From Candidatus Dojkabacteria bacterium (GTDB lineage: Bacteria; Patescibacteriota; Dojkabacteria; JAHIVN01): 64,000 nt of DNA. Location of the stretch: assembly GCA_016932045.1 (NCBI GenBank), contig JAFGDO010000010.1:1759-65758 (forward strand). Reading direction: 5' to 3'. Each line of letters begins with the position of its first letter. Positions within the stretch are counted from its first letter, which is position 1. Under the pieces are notes generated by a model. The model worked only from the letters and a program-made list of their open reading frames with translations. It searched no databases and had not been told where the DNA came from. Below are positions 39,847 through 48,848 of the stretch, piece after piece. A program made the translations under genes and the position numbers.

Positions 39847-40698
39847 ATGACAAAGAAAAAGACAATAGAGATTGGACCTGCATTAAAGTACTTCTTTCAA
39901 CTTCCTGACTGGAAGATGAGAACCGTATGGGTTGGAGGAGTCCCCTTGCTTGTAATTACGCTGATATTTCTTGAAGCTTTCTTCATATTCTTTTCATACA
40001 TAGGGCTGTTAATATGCACTATTTTTATGTCAGTTACACTAGTACTCCTCTTTATCTACAATTTAAATCTAAATGGGTATAAGTATGAACTAATTAAAGC
40101 TATATCTGAAGGGAAAGACTCTTCTAAAATAGCGCTTCCAAATTCGTTCTCTTCTCAAAGGATAAAAACAGGACTTGTGTTTTTTATAAGTAATTTTATC
40201 TATTCTTTGCCAGCTCTGATCTTGTATGTTCTTACAATGTGTCTCTTCTTTATCCCCATTTTAGTCCTGGATTCTGGGCAGATGAGTGAAGCAATGACTG
40301 ATGACACAGCTTGGACAACAGGAGACACGATAATATTCTTTGGAATAATCATTTCTTTTATTCCGGCAGGGATTGCACAGATTTACATGATGATACAACA
40401 ATTCTTCCTGCAACCCGCCTGTTACCGGCAATTCATTGTAAACAAAGATATTTCCGCCTTTTTTAGTTTTAAGGAGATTTTCAAATTCATCAAGCAAAAT
40501 ATTGTAAATATGTTCCTTTACCTTGGTATATTCTGGGGAGTAATCTTTATCCTAAACTTTGTAAATTCTTTCCTTTCACTGACCATTTTTATTTGTATAG
40601 GCATTATAATCTATCCGATTTTTATAGCCGTCTACAGCGCATACTTCCATCACCTGCAGGCATATATGATTGGGGAAATTATCAGATTGAGCAAGTAA
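39847..40698 (+). CDS. Polytopic membrane protein, hypothetical.
   Basis: Six or more hydrophobic helices and no recognisable motif. Confidence 0.5.
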   Translation: MTKKKTIEIGPALKYFFQLPDWKMRTVWVGGVPLLVITLIFLEAFFIFFSYIGLLICTIFMSVTLVLLFIYNLNLNGYKYELIKAISEGKDSSKIALPNSFSSQRIKTGLVFFISNFIYSLPALILYVLTMCLFFIPILVLDSGQMSEAMTDDTAWTTGDTIIFFGIIISFIPAGIAQIYMMIQQFFLQPACYRQFIVNKDISAFFSFKEIFKFIKQNIVNMFLYLGIFWGVIFILNFVNSFLSLTIFICIGIIIYPIFIAVYSAYFHHLQAYMIGEIIRLSK

Positions 40699-40964
40699 TA
40701 CTTTGATCTAAACAATCTAGGAGATCTAGTGATCAAAAAAGGTCGATTGGATCGTATAGATCGATTTAATCGACTTAATCATCGATCATCTGAATAGATA
40801 AACAGTAATGTTGTTAAAATTGATAGGCTCGAATAGCGATTAGCAAGAAGCGAAGAATTGTCGTATGGTTGTATAGCTGGAGGCTGAAAGCTTATAGCTA
40901 AAAGCTAAAAAGCTAACAGCCAATAGTTATGAGATATTGGATCATTTCAACCGTTTGACTTCCG

Positions 40965-41207
40965 GATTCATTGCGAATATAATTCTTATCGACAGTGAGG
41001 AAGAGGTCTAGTGAGACTCTTCCATTTTTCAAAATTACCATAAAACTGAATATTCCACATAAAGAGTGCTCAGCTTGCATTGCTGAGAAATAAGAGTGGA
41101 ACCACGGTTTATCCTGCCTGCGATGAGCAAAGTAGAATAAAGCTTGTCGAAGGAAAATTCCGCCTCTAAACATTAATATTATTAGTGTTTAAAGGCGGGA
41201 TTTTTTT
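40965..41207 (+). promoter_or_regulatory. Candidate T-box riboswitch leader for thrS, with an ACC (Thr) specifier.
   Basis: A T-box-like motif AGAGUGGAACCACGG at 41093-41107 (consensus AGGGUGGNACCGCGG). An antiterminator can form as AGAG[UGGAACC]ACGG paired with CCGCCUCU, and the latter is the 5' arm of the downstream terminator hairpin 41159-41199 followed by U7. Upstream there is a Stem-I-like long hairpin whose distal loop contains AGUGA, and ACC-A at 41037-41040 sits on its 3' side. Confidence 0.5.
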
Positions 41208-41407
41208 AGTATAGTCATACTGTTAAACAACTTCACAACTAGAGGTCTATGTTTAGGATTAATAAATAGAAATATGTTGTTTATGCAAAATATTACTATA
41301 GAAATGAATACAAACTCTACAGCATCTAGAACTACAACCCCCTAGGGGGTAACATTTATATTCCTAATTTTATAATTTTTCATTTTACATTTTTAGTTTT
41401 TCTTAAC

Positions 41408-43171
41408 ATGGCACAAAAAAATGAACAATCCAAAAAAGTATCTGAGATAGAAAGGATGCGGCACAGTTTTGCGCATATACTTGCCCATGCTGTTATGCAT
41501 TTATTTCCAGAGGCCAAGCTTGGTATAGGACCGGCTATTGAAAACGGATTTTACTATGATTTTGACCTTCCAAAGCAACTTACTCCAGAAGATCTACCAA
41601 AGATAGAAAAAGAGATGAAAAAACTTATTGCTGAAGAATTACCTTTTCAGCAATTAAATCTCAACAGAGATGAAGCTATGGACATGCTGCTTCAGCAGGG
41701 ACAACTATACAAAACTGAGCTACTGAATGAAATTCCTGATGAGGAAGTCAGTTTCTACAGAACTGGGAATGAATTTATGGATATGTGCAGAGGTCCTCAT
41801 GTTGAGCATACAGGACAGCTGGGGGCATTTAAACTTATGAGTGTAGCCGGAGCTTATTGGAGAGGGGATGAGAAGAGACCACAAATGCAGCGTATTTATG
41901 GTGTAGCATTTAAAACTGAGCAGGAACTGAAAAAACATCTTGAGAACCTAAAAGAATTAAAGAATCGCGACCACAGAAAGCTTGGAAAAGAGCTGGATCT
42001 ATTCTTAATTGATGAAACTGTCGGACAAGGGCTAGTTATGTGGTTACCCAAGGGATCTCAAATAAGAAAAATCATCGAGGACTTTGAGTATAAAGAGAGA
42101 ATTAAATTAGGGTATGAACCTGTTTATACTCCACATATAGGTAGTCTAAAATTATTTAAAGAATCAGGACATTGGCAGCATTACCGTGACTCAATGTACG
42201 CACCAATCGAAATAGATAAGGAAAAATACCTTCTTAAGCCCATGAATTGTCCTTTCCATGCCAAGATTTACTCAAGAAAAATTCGAAGTTATCGTGATCT
42301 TCCAATAAAGTACTGCGAATATGGAACTGTATATAGATATGAGAAGTCTGGAGAACTATCTGGACTGACTCGTGTAAGAGGATTTACTCAAGATGATGCT
42401 CATATCTATTTCCGTGAAGACCAAACGAAAGAGCTTGTCATAGAAACAATCCAAGCAACAATAAGACTGATAACTGCATTCGGCTTTGATAACTATCGTG
42501 TAAGGCTATCTTTAAGAGACCAAAAAGATAAAGAAAAATTCATAGATAAACCAGAAGCTTGGGCAAAAGCAGAAAAAGGACTGAGAGACGCACTTAAAGA
42601 AATGGAAGTAGATTATATAGAGGAAATAGGAGAGGCGGCCTTTTACGGGCCTAAAGTTGATTTTCTTGTGAAAGATGCATTGGGAAGAGAAGAGCAGTGT
42701 GGCACAGTACAACTTGATTTCAATGTCCCTGAAAGATTTAAGTTAACCTATATTGACGAGAATGGAAAGGAACAGCAGCCTGTTATGATTCACTGGGCAC
42801 CGCTCGGTTCATTTGAGCGTTTCTTCTCGCGAATTATAGAGCACTATGGTGGAGCATTTCCTGCTTGGTTATCACCATTACAGGCAAGAATTATCCCGAT
42901 TTCCAAAAAGTTTAACAACTACGCGAAAATAGTAAAGGAGGAACTTGATAAAAGAGATATTCGCTCCGCTATTGATGAGAGGGATGAGACACTGCAAGCT
43001 AAGATACGAGATTCAGAAATGGATAAGATTCCTTATATGTTGGTCATAGGGAAAAAGGAACAAGCAAATAAAGCTGTTGCTGTAAGACCAAGAACTGGAG
43101 CAGACTTGGGAATGATGAAACTCGATGAATTCATTGAACGGATAGAGGAGGAAATCCAAGCAAAAAAATAG
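41408..43171 (+). CDS. thrS: Threonine--tRNA ligase, short form lacking the N-terminal TGS domain.
   Basis: It starts at the second additional domain's HxxxH motif (HSFAHILAHAV). Class II motifs are present (FRTGNEFMDMCRGPHV, YGTVYRYEKSGELSGLTRVRGFTQDDAHIY) along with a C-terminal anticodon-binding domain. Confidence 0.9.
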   Translation: MAQKNEQSKKVSEIERMRHSFAHILAHAVMHLFPEAKLGIGPAIENGFYYDFDLPKQLTPEDLPKIEKEMKKLIAEELPFQQLNLNRDEAMDMLLQQGQLYKTELLNEIPDEEVSFYRTGNEFMDMCRGPHVEHTGQLGAFKLMSVAGAYWRGDEKRPQMQRIYGVAFKTEQELKKHLENLKELKNRDHRKLGKELDLFLIDETVGQGLVMWLPKGSQIRKIIEDFEYKERIKLGYEPVYTPHIGSLKLFKESGHWQHYRDSMYAPIEIDKEKYLLKPMNCPFHAKIYSRKIRSYRDLPIKYCEYGTVYRYEKSGELSGLTRVRGFTQDDAHIYFREDQTKELVIETIQATIRLITAFGFDNYRVRLSLRDQKDKEKFIDKPEAWAKAEKGLRDALKEMEVDYIEEIGEAAFYGPKVDFLVKDALGREEQCGTVQLDFNVPERFKLTYIDENGKEQQPVMIHWAPLGSFERFFSRIIEHYGGAFPAWLSPLQARIIPISKKFNNYAKIVKEELDKRDIRSAIDERDETLQAKIRDSEMDKIPYMLVIGKKEQANKAVAVRPRTGADLGMMKLDEFIERIEEEIQAKK

Positions 43172-43295
43172 TAACAAAATCTTTTAAAATATAAGTAAAA
43201 ATTCTAGATTCTCTACTTTTATTGAAAAAGGGTTGATATTCTGTGTGAATTTGCTATTATTAGCCTAATACTTTTTAATTTTTATACAAACTACA

Positions 43296-43856
43296 ATAGC
43301 ATATCCAAAACAGTCGCGTCCTAAGATTCCTTTTTACAGAAGGAATGATTACATTCGAATTTCTCCAATTCGATTAATTGACGAGAAAGGGAATAACCTC
43401 GGAGAGGTAGAAACACCCAAAGCACTAGAAATGGCTCGAGAAAAAGGACTCGATCTTATCGAGGTCGCTCCAAGTGTCAGGCCGCCTGTGTGCAAAATTC
43501 TTTCTTGGTCAAAATTTAAATATGACTTATCCAAGAAACAACGCTCATCCTCTAAGGGAAAAGCAAAAGAGATGAAGGAAATGTGGTTTTCTCCATATAT
43601 TGGAGAGGGAGATATCAATCATAAACTAAAAAGGGTAGAAGAATTTTTATCCAAGAAGCATCCCGTCAAGCTTACAATTCGTGTCAGGGGCAGAGTACAC
43701 AACGAAGTTGTGACTGCACAACTCGAAAAGATTCTTGGATTACTCGAAGGGAAATTTGAGACAGAAGAAAAACCAAGAAGAGAGGGGAGAAATCTTTCAA
43801 TAATCATATTTCCACCCAAGAAAATTTCAAAAACTGACGATAAAGAAAAGAAATAG
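43296..43856 (+). CDS. infC: Translation initiation factor IF-3 with a probable non-AUG (ATA/ATT) start. The ORF track gives only the C-terminal 141 aa from an internal ATG at 43431.
   Basis: The frame is open upstream of 43431 back to a TAA at 43275. It encodes an IF3 N-domain (..RRNDYIRISPIRLIDEKGNNLGEVETPKALEMAREKGLDLIEVAPSVRPPVCKI..) with no ATG/GTG/TTG, and the candidate starts are ATA at 43296 or ATT at 43326. Confidence 0.8.
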   Translation: MAYPKQSRPKIPFYRRNDYIRISPIRLIDEKGNNLGEVETPKALEMAREKGLDLIEVAPSVRPPVCKILSWSKFKYDLSKKQRSSSKGKAKEMKEMWFSPYIGEGDINHKLKRVEEFLSKKHPVKLTIRVRGRVHNEVVTAQLEKILGLLEGKFETEEKPRREGRNLSIIIFPPKKISKTDDKEKK

Positions 43857-43933
43857 ACAAAAATTTATTAGCAATAATTTTTGAACTCTATAACTTAGAA
43901 CATTAATATCAACTTAAGGTAGCTACTCTTGGC

Positions 43934-44239
43934 ATGATAAAGCGTAATGAACCATTTGTATGCATAAATTGCAAGAAAAAAGTAAAACCTGCCCTATCCG
44001 GCAAGTGCAGAAATCACTGTAATTTTTGCCTATTTTCACAGCATATTGATATAGTCCCGGGAGATAGGAGACATCCTTGCAAAGGCATAATGAAGCCAAT
44101 AAGGATAGAAAAGCGGAAAAAAGGGTTATATATTTTACATAAATGCGAGAAATGCGGGCTTAAAAAGTGGAATAAAATTCTAGAAGATGATAGAATCAGT
44201 AGTCAGTATAAAGTAAACAACACGAAGAAAGCGACCTAA
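43934..44239 (+). CDS. Cys-rich zinc-ribbon protein (RNHCP-like motif CRNHCNFC) inserted between infC and rpmI.
   Basis: A 101-aa ORF with CxxC...CxxxC...C...CxxC spacing and a basic C-terminal tail. Confidence 0.5.
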   Translation: MIKRNEPFVCINCKKKVKPALSGKCRNHCNFCLFSQHIDIVPGDRRHPCKGIMKPIRIEKRKKGLYILHKCEKCGLKKWNKILEDDRISSQYKVNNTKKAT

Positions 44240-44339
44240 ACTCCTGGTGAAGTTGAAATTATGAGCTTTTTCTGATATAAGAATTAGTCCGGTTTGTTAA
44301 ATCTACTTATAGGCGTTTTACTCTGAATAAACTATTACA

Positions 44340-44540
44340 ATGAAAATACATCAAGGTATAAAGAAGAGATTTAAAAAAAGCAGGCCTAAAATGGGCCAGT
44401 TTAAACTTAAATATCAATCTAAGGGTAGAGGCAGTAAACACCTCAAAACTAAACAAACAAGACAGAGAAGAAGACGCATTCGACAGACAAAAAGTGCAAT
44501 CATACACAAAAACATAAGAAGAGCTACCAGCTCTTTATAA
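44340..44540 (+). CDS. rpmI: 50S ribosomal protein L35.
   Basis: A 66-aa highly basic protein with a KKRFKK motif, positioned between infC and rplT. Confidence 0.75.
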   Translation: MKIHQGIKKRFKKSRPKMGQFKLKYQSKGRGSKHLKTKQTRQRRRRIRQTKSAIIHKNIRRATSSL

Positions 44541-44569
44541 TTTGCTAAATTCATGAAAACTTTTTAATT

Positions 44570-44914
44570 ATGAGAGTCAAACGAGGAACAATCAAAAGAA
44601 GAAAGCATAAGAAGATTCTAAAAGCTGCAAAGGGCTATAGACTATCTTACAGTAAACTTTACCGAAGAGCTAAGGAAGCCTTGCTGCACGCCGGACAATA
44701 CTCCTATGCTCATCGTAAGAAAAGACAAAACGAATTTAGAAAGCTCTGGATACAAAGAATCAATGGTGCTCTTAGCCAGTTTGATCTTAAATATAGTAGA
44801 TTTATTAAACTACTAAAAGACTCAAAGATAGATCTAAACCGCAAAATGCTTGCAGATCTTGCAGTAAATGATCCCCAAGCCTTCGAAAATGTTGTTGAGA
44901 AGGTGAAGAAGTAA
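44570..44914 (+). CDS. rplT: 50S ribosomal protein L20.
   Basis: [24 protein letters not shown] matches the L20 N-terminus. The protein is 114 aa. Confidence 0.9.
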   Translation: MRVKRGTIKRRKHKKILKAAKGYRLSYSKLYRRAKEALLHAGQYSYAHRKKRQNEFRKLWIQRINGALSQFDLKYSRFIKLLKDSKIDLNRKMLADLAVNDPQAFENVVEKVKK

Positions 44915-44989
44915 CCTCCACTCTTCTGCCTATTATCTTATAACCTTTCGCATTAGTATATCCTGAATTTTGACAATGCATTACATACC

Positions 44990-47900
44990 TTATGGTACAA
45001 ATCTTCCACCATTATCCCTTACCCTAATAAAGTAACCTCCAACCTCAAATATCTTGAAATCATTTCCATAAGGTATATCATTTTCCTTGATGAAGTTTTC
45101 ATATCTTCCATTATCCCATCTAGTTATTGTATCAGCCTTAATCCCGTCACCGTTTATCGCATCTAGTAAACTATCTGATGTGTATTCTGTCTCTGGTGAA
45201 ACAATACTAACAAGATTCCAGCCTCTCTCAAATTCTATTGGCAAACTTTCTTCAATTTCAGCTCCCTTAAACATTACCTTGCCAGCATTATAGACTTTAA
45301 TAAAATACCCTTGCCCAGGAATAATACTAAAATTATTTGAAAAACTTATTCCATTTCTTTGAGAATAAACATACCACCTCCCTCCAAAATAAGTTGCTAC
45401 ATGAGTAGCATATACTCCTTGATCATTGATATTTTCAAGTAAAGACTTTGCATCTCCAACATTACTCCCTTCCTCTATCTTAGTATAATTGGGAATGGAT
45501 ATTATGTTCCAACCCACATCTAAATTTATAAAGACTCCATTTGATATTTTTACCTTTTCAAGACTTGATATCTTTACTTCAGTCTCCATAGGATCCATCT
45601 CCCCATTATTATTCCAATCCCAATATATTATTGAATTTCCACTCAATTTAACTATATCGCTAGTTATCTCCATCTTTCTTTCCTCCGCAACCTCCGCCTC
45701 GACTTTTCTGATAAGGCCTTTATTTGTATCATCAACATATTTATACCCATCACTACTAGTGCAACCTAAAGCATCTTTAAGCATTTCCATATTTGTATCT
45801 CCTGGATCGGGATTATGATATTCTCCTCCTGGTCCCGTTAGCGTTCTCTCGCTGTGTCCGATGACGGAACATTTATCATGGATAAAACCTGAGACTTCCC
45901 ATGTTTCTATCAGATCAACCATAGAATCAATCTGTTCTTGCGAAAAATCACTACCTGACTGTCCAACATTTTCTATAGCAATACCACGAATATTTCCTTC
46001 TTGTTCACCCGCATGAAGAGCAACCTGTTCAATATTAGTAACCTGAGTTATAACACCATTTCGATCAATGACGACATGAGCATAAGGAATAAGATTCCCA
46101 TCTGGATCAATAACATTATCTCTCCAATATGTAGCAATATTTAGTCCAGTGACATCGTCTCCGGTTTGATGAATCCACACTGCATCCTTATTTGATGTAT
46201 TATTTGAAGAATTATAATTATATGTACTTAATAAATCCTGATCATAATTATTTGACACATGTTCTCCTACCAATGAGGTTCTATCTCCACTAGAAATATC
46301 ATAATATGTGATTTCTAAATCTATAGGTGCTAAACCCACGTTTGTTATCGGAGGACAGTCATCTCCTGATGCAATAGGAAAACAAGGATCATCTGGATCT
46401 GCGTCGTTTATATCATTTATGCCATCTCCATCGGAATCAAGTCTAGGATTAACACAAGAACCTGATAAACACTCTAATCCATACCTACAATTATTAAAAT
46501 AAACACCCGAAGCCTGCCTCCATTCGCAGGGTTCACCATGACTTTTATCGCATACACCAAATAATGCTATACAGTCAGGACGACAATCGGGCTGATTATG
46601 AACTGGTACACAATCATTATCGTATTGAACAATCTCTACCAAACTATGGTACGAACCAGCCAAGAAAGCTTCTTTACTACAATTAAACCAATGCTGTCCA
46701 TTTTGAACAATATTATTGCTATCACTTAAAGATCCATTACAAGCACTTCTATACTCATGAGGATACGTATCAACTATATGGACTGTACCATTCAAACATA
46801 TATAAATATCTCCACTCCCTAACTCTATAAAACTTCCCTCAGGATGCCCTTCAATACCTAACTCATTGCAGGTTATATCACGTTTCGTATCCAAAATAGA
46901 AACTTCCCAAAACGCTTCGTAATTATTATTTATTTGTCTAATGCTGCATAACGCTAAATAGGTTACATCGTTTTCTTCAAACTTCCTGCTACCATGAACA
47001 CTTATACCTTCTGGAACATATCTTTCAAGCAAATCGTGGTACGAACTAACAGACTCCCAGTGATCCCTACCTACATCGCATGACATATTTTCGTTTACAC
47101 GATCTTCAACATCACTTTGTTCCTGACCTACTGCGCACTTATCATTTCTACCTGTAGGCATTTTTGTACATCCATATGAACCACATTCCTGATTTAAAGT
47201 ACAATCATCTGATTTCGTACAATAATACAAATTATTACCATAACAATATAAACCTACCCCTCCCCAATCATCACTACTTATTGTAACAACTCCGTCACCT
47301 TTTGTAGTTGGTCCTCCGACATCCGCAATATTATTACAAATACCATATTGACCTGGCCCAAAATCGCTAATTTCCCTACACCCAGCATCTCCACAATCAG
47401 TATAAATTTTACAATTTGACTTTGTCAGACATGCATATACATCATTATCGTAGCAGTACAATCCCTCCCCCTTCCATTTATCGTCAGGAATTTTTTGATC
47501 AGATGTAACAGATGGTGTTCCACCACTAAAACATCTATCATTTTTTCCTACCGGCATCTTCTCACACCCAGATTCATTACATTCTAGGTTCTTTGAGCAA
47601 GTAGTTTTATTTGAGCAATAATATAAGTCATTGTCATAACAGTATAATCCGGCTCCTCCCCAATCTTCATCACTAATGTATTGTGTTGTGCCTGGAGTAG
47701 CTGGAGTAGAAGGAGGAACCGTTGTTGTAGTACCAACGCATTTTGAATTCCAACAAGGCTGTGGTTTACAGATTGAATCACAGCTTTTAGGATTTCCCCA
47801 GTCCCAATCTCCTAAATCAGGGTTGCAATAATAGGCTATACAAGTATCATTAGTACAATGCCAACCACTTAATCCACCGCAATCAGCCGCATAAATCTGA

Positions 47901-48766
47901 TTTATTAAACTACTATTACTTTTTTCTAATTCGATAGGACTATATGGTTCTGTATATATATCACCCAAAGGTTGTAATTTTTCCGAAGGTATGTTTCTAA
48001 CTTGCGTCCATTCGTTTGAAGTAATAATTTCAAGATCAACAATGAAATCGCTATTTATATCAAAAAACTCTTCAAGATTTTCTTGTCTAAGTAAACCTAT
48101 ATCTATACTCCAGCCGGACTCGGTATTTATCAAAGTACTAGCAACCTGAGATTGTTTTTCATGAATGTTGCTATCATCTGTTTCTATTGACTTAAGACTC
48201 AGCAAAACAATCCCTTCATCCAAGGATTCTCTCTTAGAATTAAATACCCTGCCATATACTGGATATGGACTTTTTAATTCATCTGCGATATCAATTGTTT
48301 CAAGTGGTGGATACTCATAATCTACACTCCTCATACCTGTACTTACCTTATAGTAATATTTACTATTAGGATTTAACTCTCTTAGTATTACATAATGAAC
48401 ATAATATTCACGCCACTGATTTATTTTATATACTCCATATTCAACCTCTTCAATATCTCTTTCATCATAAGCTCTATCTTTGCCAATGTATCTAAAAATA
48501 GGGAACCATTTATCCTCTTTTGCATAAATAACACTACCACAAGTTGGACTATCGCTAATCCATGTAACTGTCGCACTCGTACCTGTAATATTTGTAACTC
48601 TAACATCTCTTATCTCTGATGTCCTTTCGCTTAAAAAATTTACACCAATCACAATTATTGTTAAAAGGAAAATAACAATCGTAGAAACTACCAACAGCAG
48701 TCCCATCTTAGAGGATCTAAAAAAAACTAAAAACCTATTCAAATAATTATCTTTAGAATTTGCCAT
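44990..48766 (-). CDS. Giant (1258 aa) membrane-anchored extracellular protein combining an N-terminal FN3-like (purple acid phosphatase N-like) domain, three Cys-rich ~55-aa repeats, a Ca-binding-like D-rich motif, an Amidase_2 (PGRP-type N-acetylmuramoyl-L-alanine amidase) domain and a C-terminal repeat region.
   Basis: An N-terminal TM helix. The FN3-like stretch is VRVTNITGTSATVTWIS...LNPNSKYYYKV. The Cys-rich repeats are DWGGAGLYCYDNDLYYC...C..EC...GC (x3), and the D-rich motif is DSDGDGINDINDADPDDP. Amidase_2 motifs are YAHVVIDRNGVITQ...ALHAGE...NIRGIAIENVG...VIGHSE. Confidence 0.8.
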   Translation of the reverse strand: MANSKDNYLNRFLVFFRSSKMGLLLVVSTIVIFLLTIIVIGVNFLSERTSEIRDVRVTNITGTSATVTWISDSPTCGSVIYAKEDKWFPIFRYIGKDRAYDERDIEEVEYGVYKINQWREYYVHYVILRELNPNSKYYYKVSTGMRSVDYEYPPLETIDIADELKSPYPVYGRVFNSKRESLDEGIVLLSLKSIETDDSNIHEKQSQVASTLINTESGWSIDIGLLRQENLEEFFDINSDFIVDLEIITSNEWTQVRNIPSEKLQPLGDIYTEPYSPIELEKSNSSLINQIYAADCGGLSGWHCTNDTCIAYYCNPDLGDWDWGNPKSCDSICKPQPCWNSKCVGTTTTVPPSTPATPGTTQYISDEDWGGAGLYCYDNDLYYCSNKTTCSKNLECNESGCEKMPVGKNDRCFSGGTPSVTSDQKIPDDKWKGEGLYCYDNDVYACLTKSNCKIYTDCGDAGCREISDFGPGQYGICNNIADVGGPTTKGDGVVTISSDDWGGVGLYCYGNNLYYCTKSDDCTLNQECGSYGCTKMPTGRNDKCAVGQEQSDVEDRVNENMSCDVGRDHWESVSSYHDLLERYVPEGISVHGSRKFEENDVTYLALCSIRQINNNYEAFWEVSILDTKRDITCNELGIEGHPEGSFIELGSGDIYICLNGTVHIVDTYPHEYRSACNGSLSDSNNIVQNGQHWFNCSKEAFLAGSYHSLVEIVQYDNDCVPVHNQPDCRPDCIALFGVCDKSHGEPCEWRQASGVYFNNCRYGLECLSGSCVNPRLDSDGDGINDINDADPDDPCFPIASGDDCPPITNVGLAPIDLEITYYDISSGDRTSLVGEHVSNNYDQDLLSTYNYNSSNNTSNKDAVWIHQTGDDVTGLNIATYWRDNVIDPDGNLIPYAHVVIDRNGVITQVTNIEQVALHAGEQEGNIRGIAIENVGQSGSDFSQEQIDSMVDLIETWEVSGFIHDKCSVIGHSERTLTGPGGEYHNPDPGDTNMEMLKDALGCTSSDGYKYVDDTNKGLIRKVEAEVAEERKMEITSDIVKLSGNSIIYWDWNNNGEMDPMETEVKISSLEKVKISNGVFINLDVGWNIISIPNYTKIEEGSNVGDAKSLLENINDQGVYATHVATYFGGRWYVYSQRNGISFSNNFSIIPGQGYFIKVYNAGKVMFKGAEIEESLPIEFERGWNLVSIVSPETEYTSDSLLDAINGDGIKADTITRWDNGRYENFIKENDIPYGNDFKIFEVGGYFIRVRDNGGRFVP

Positions 48767-48848
48767 AGAGGATAAATAAAAGATTATGTATCTTAAATAA
48801 TAAAAATATTATGATATAGAAACTACATTGTGTCAAAGGTAGGAATTA

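Noticed and set aside
40913-41173. The 86-aa minus-strand ORF in the thrS upstream region.
   Set aside because: It overlaps the candidate T-box leader on the opposite strand and has no SD or homology. The T-box interpretation fits the region better.
43349-43819. Two minus-strand ORFs (43349..43618 and 43619..43819) inside infC.
   Set aside because: They are antisense to the strongly supported IF3 coding frame.
45087-48619. Several small + strand ORFs (45087..45293, 45489..45818, 46308..46502, 48395..48619) and the minus-strand ORFs 47584..47781 and 48421..48606, all inside the giant amidase gene.
   Set aside because: The + strand ORFs are antisense shadow ORFs of a 1258-aa gene with clear domain support. 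The two minus-strand ORFs are out-of-frame overlaps of that same gene.
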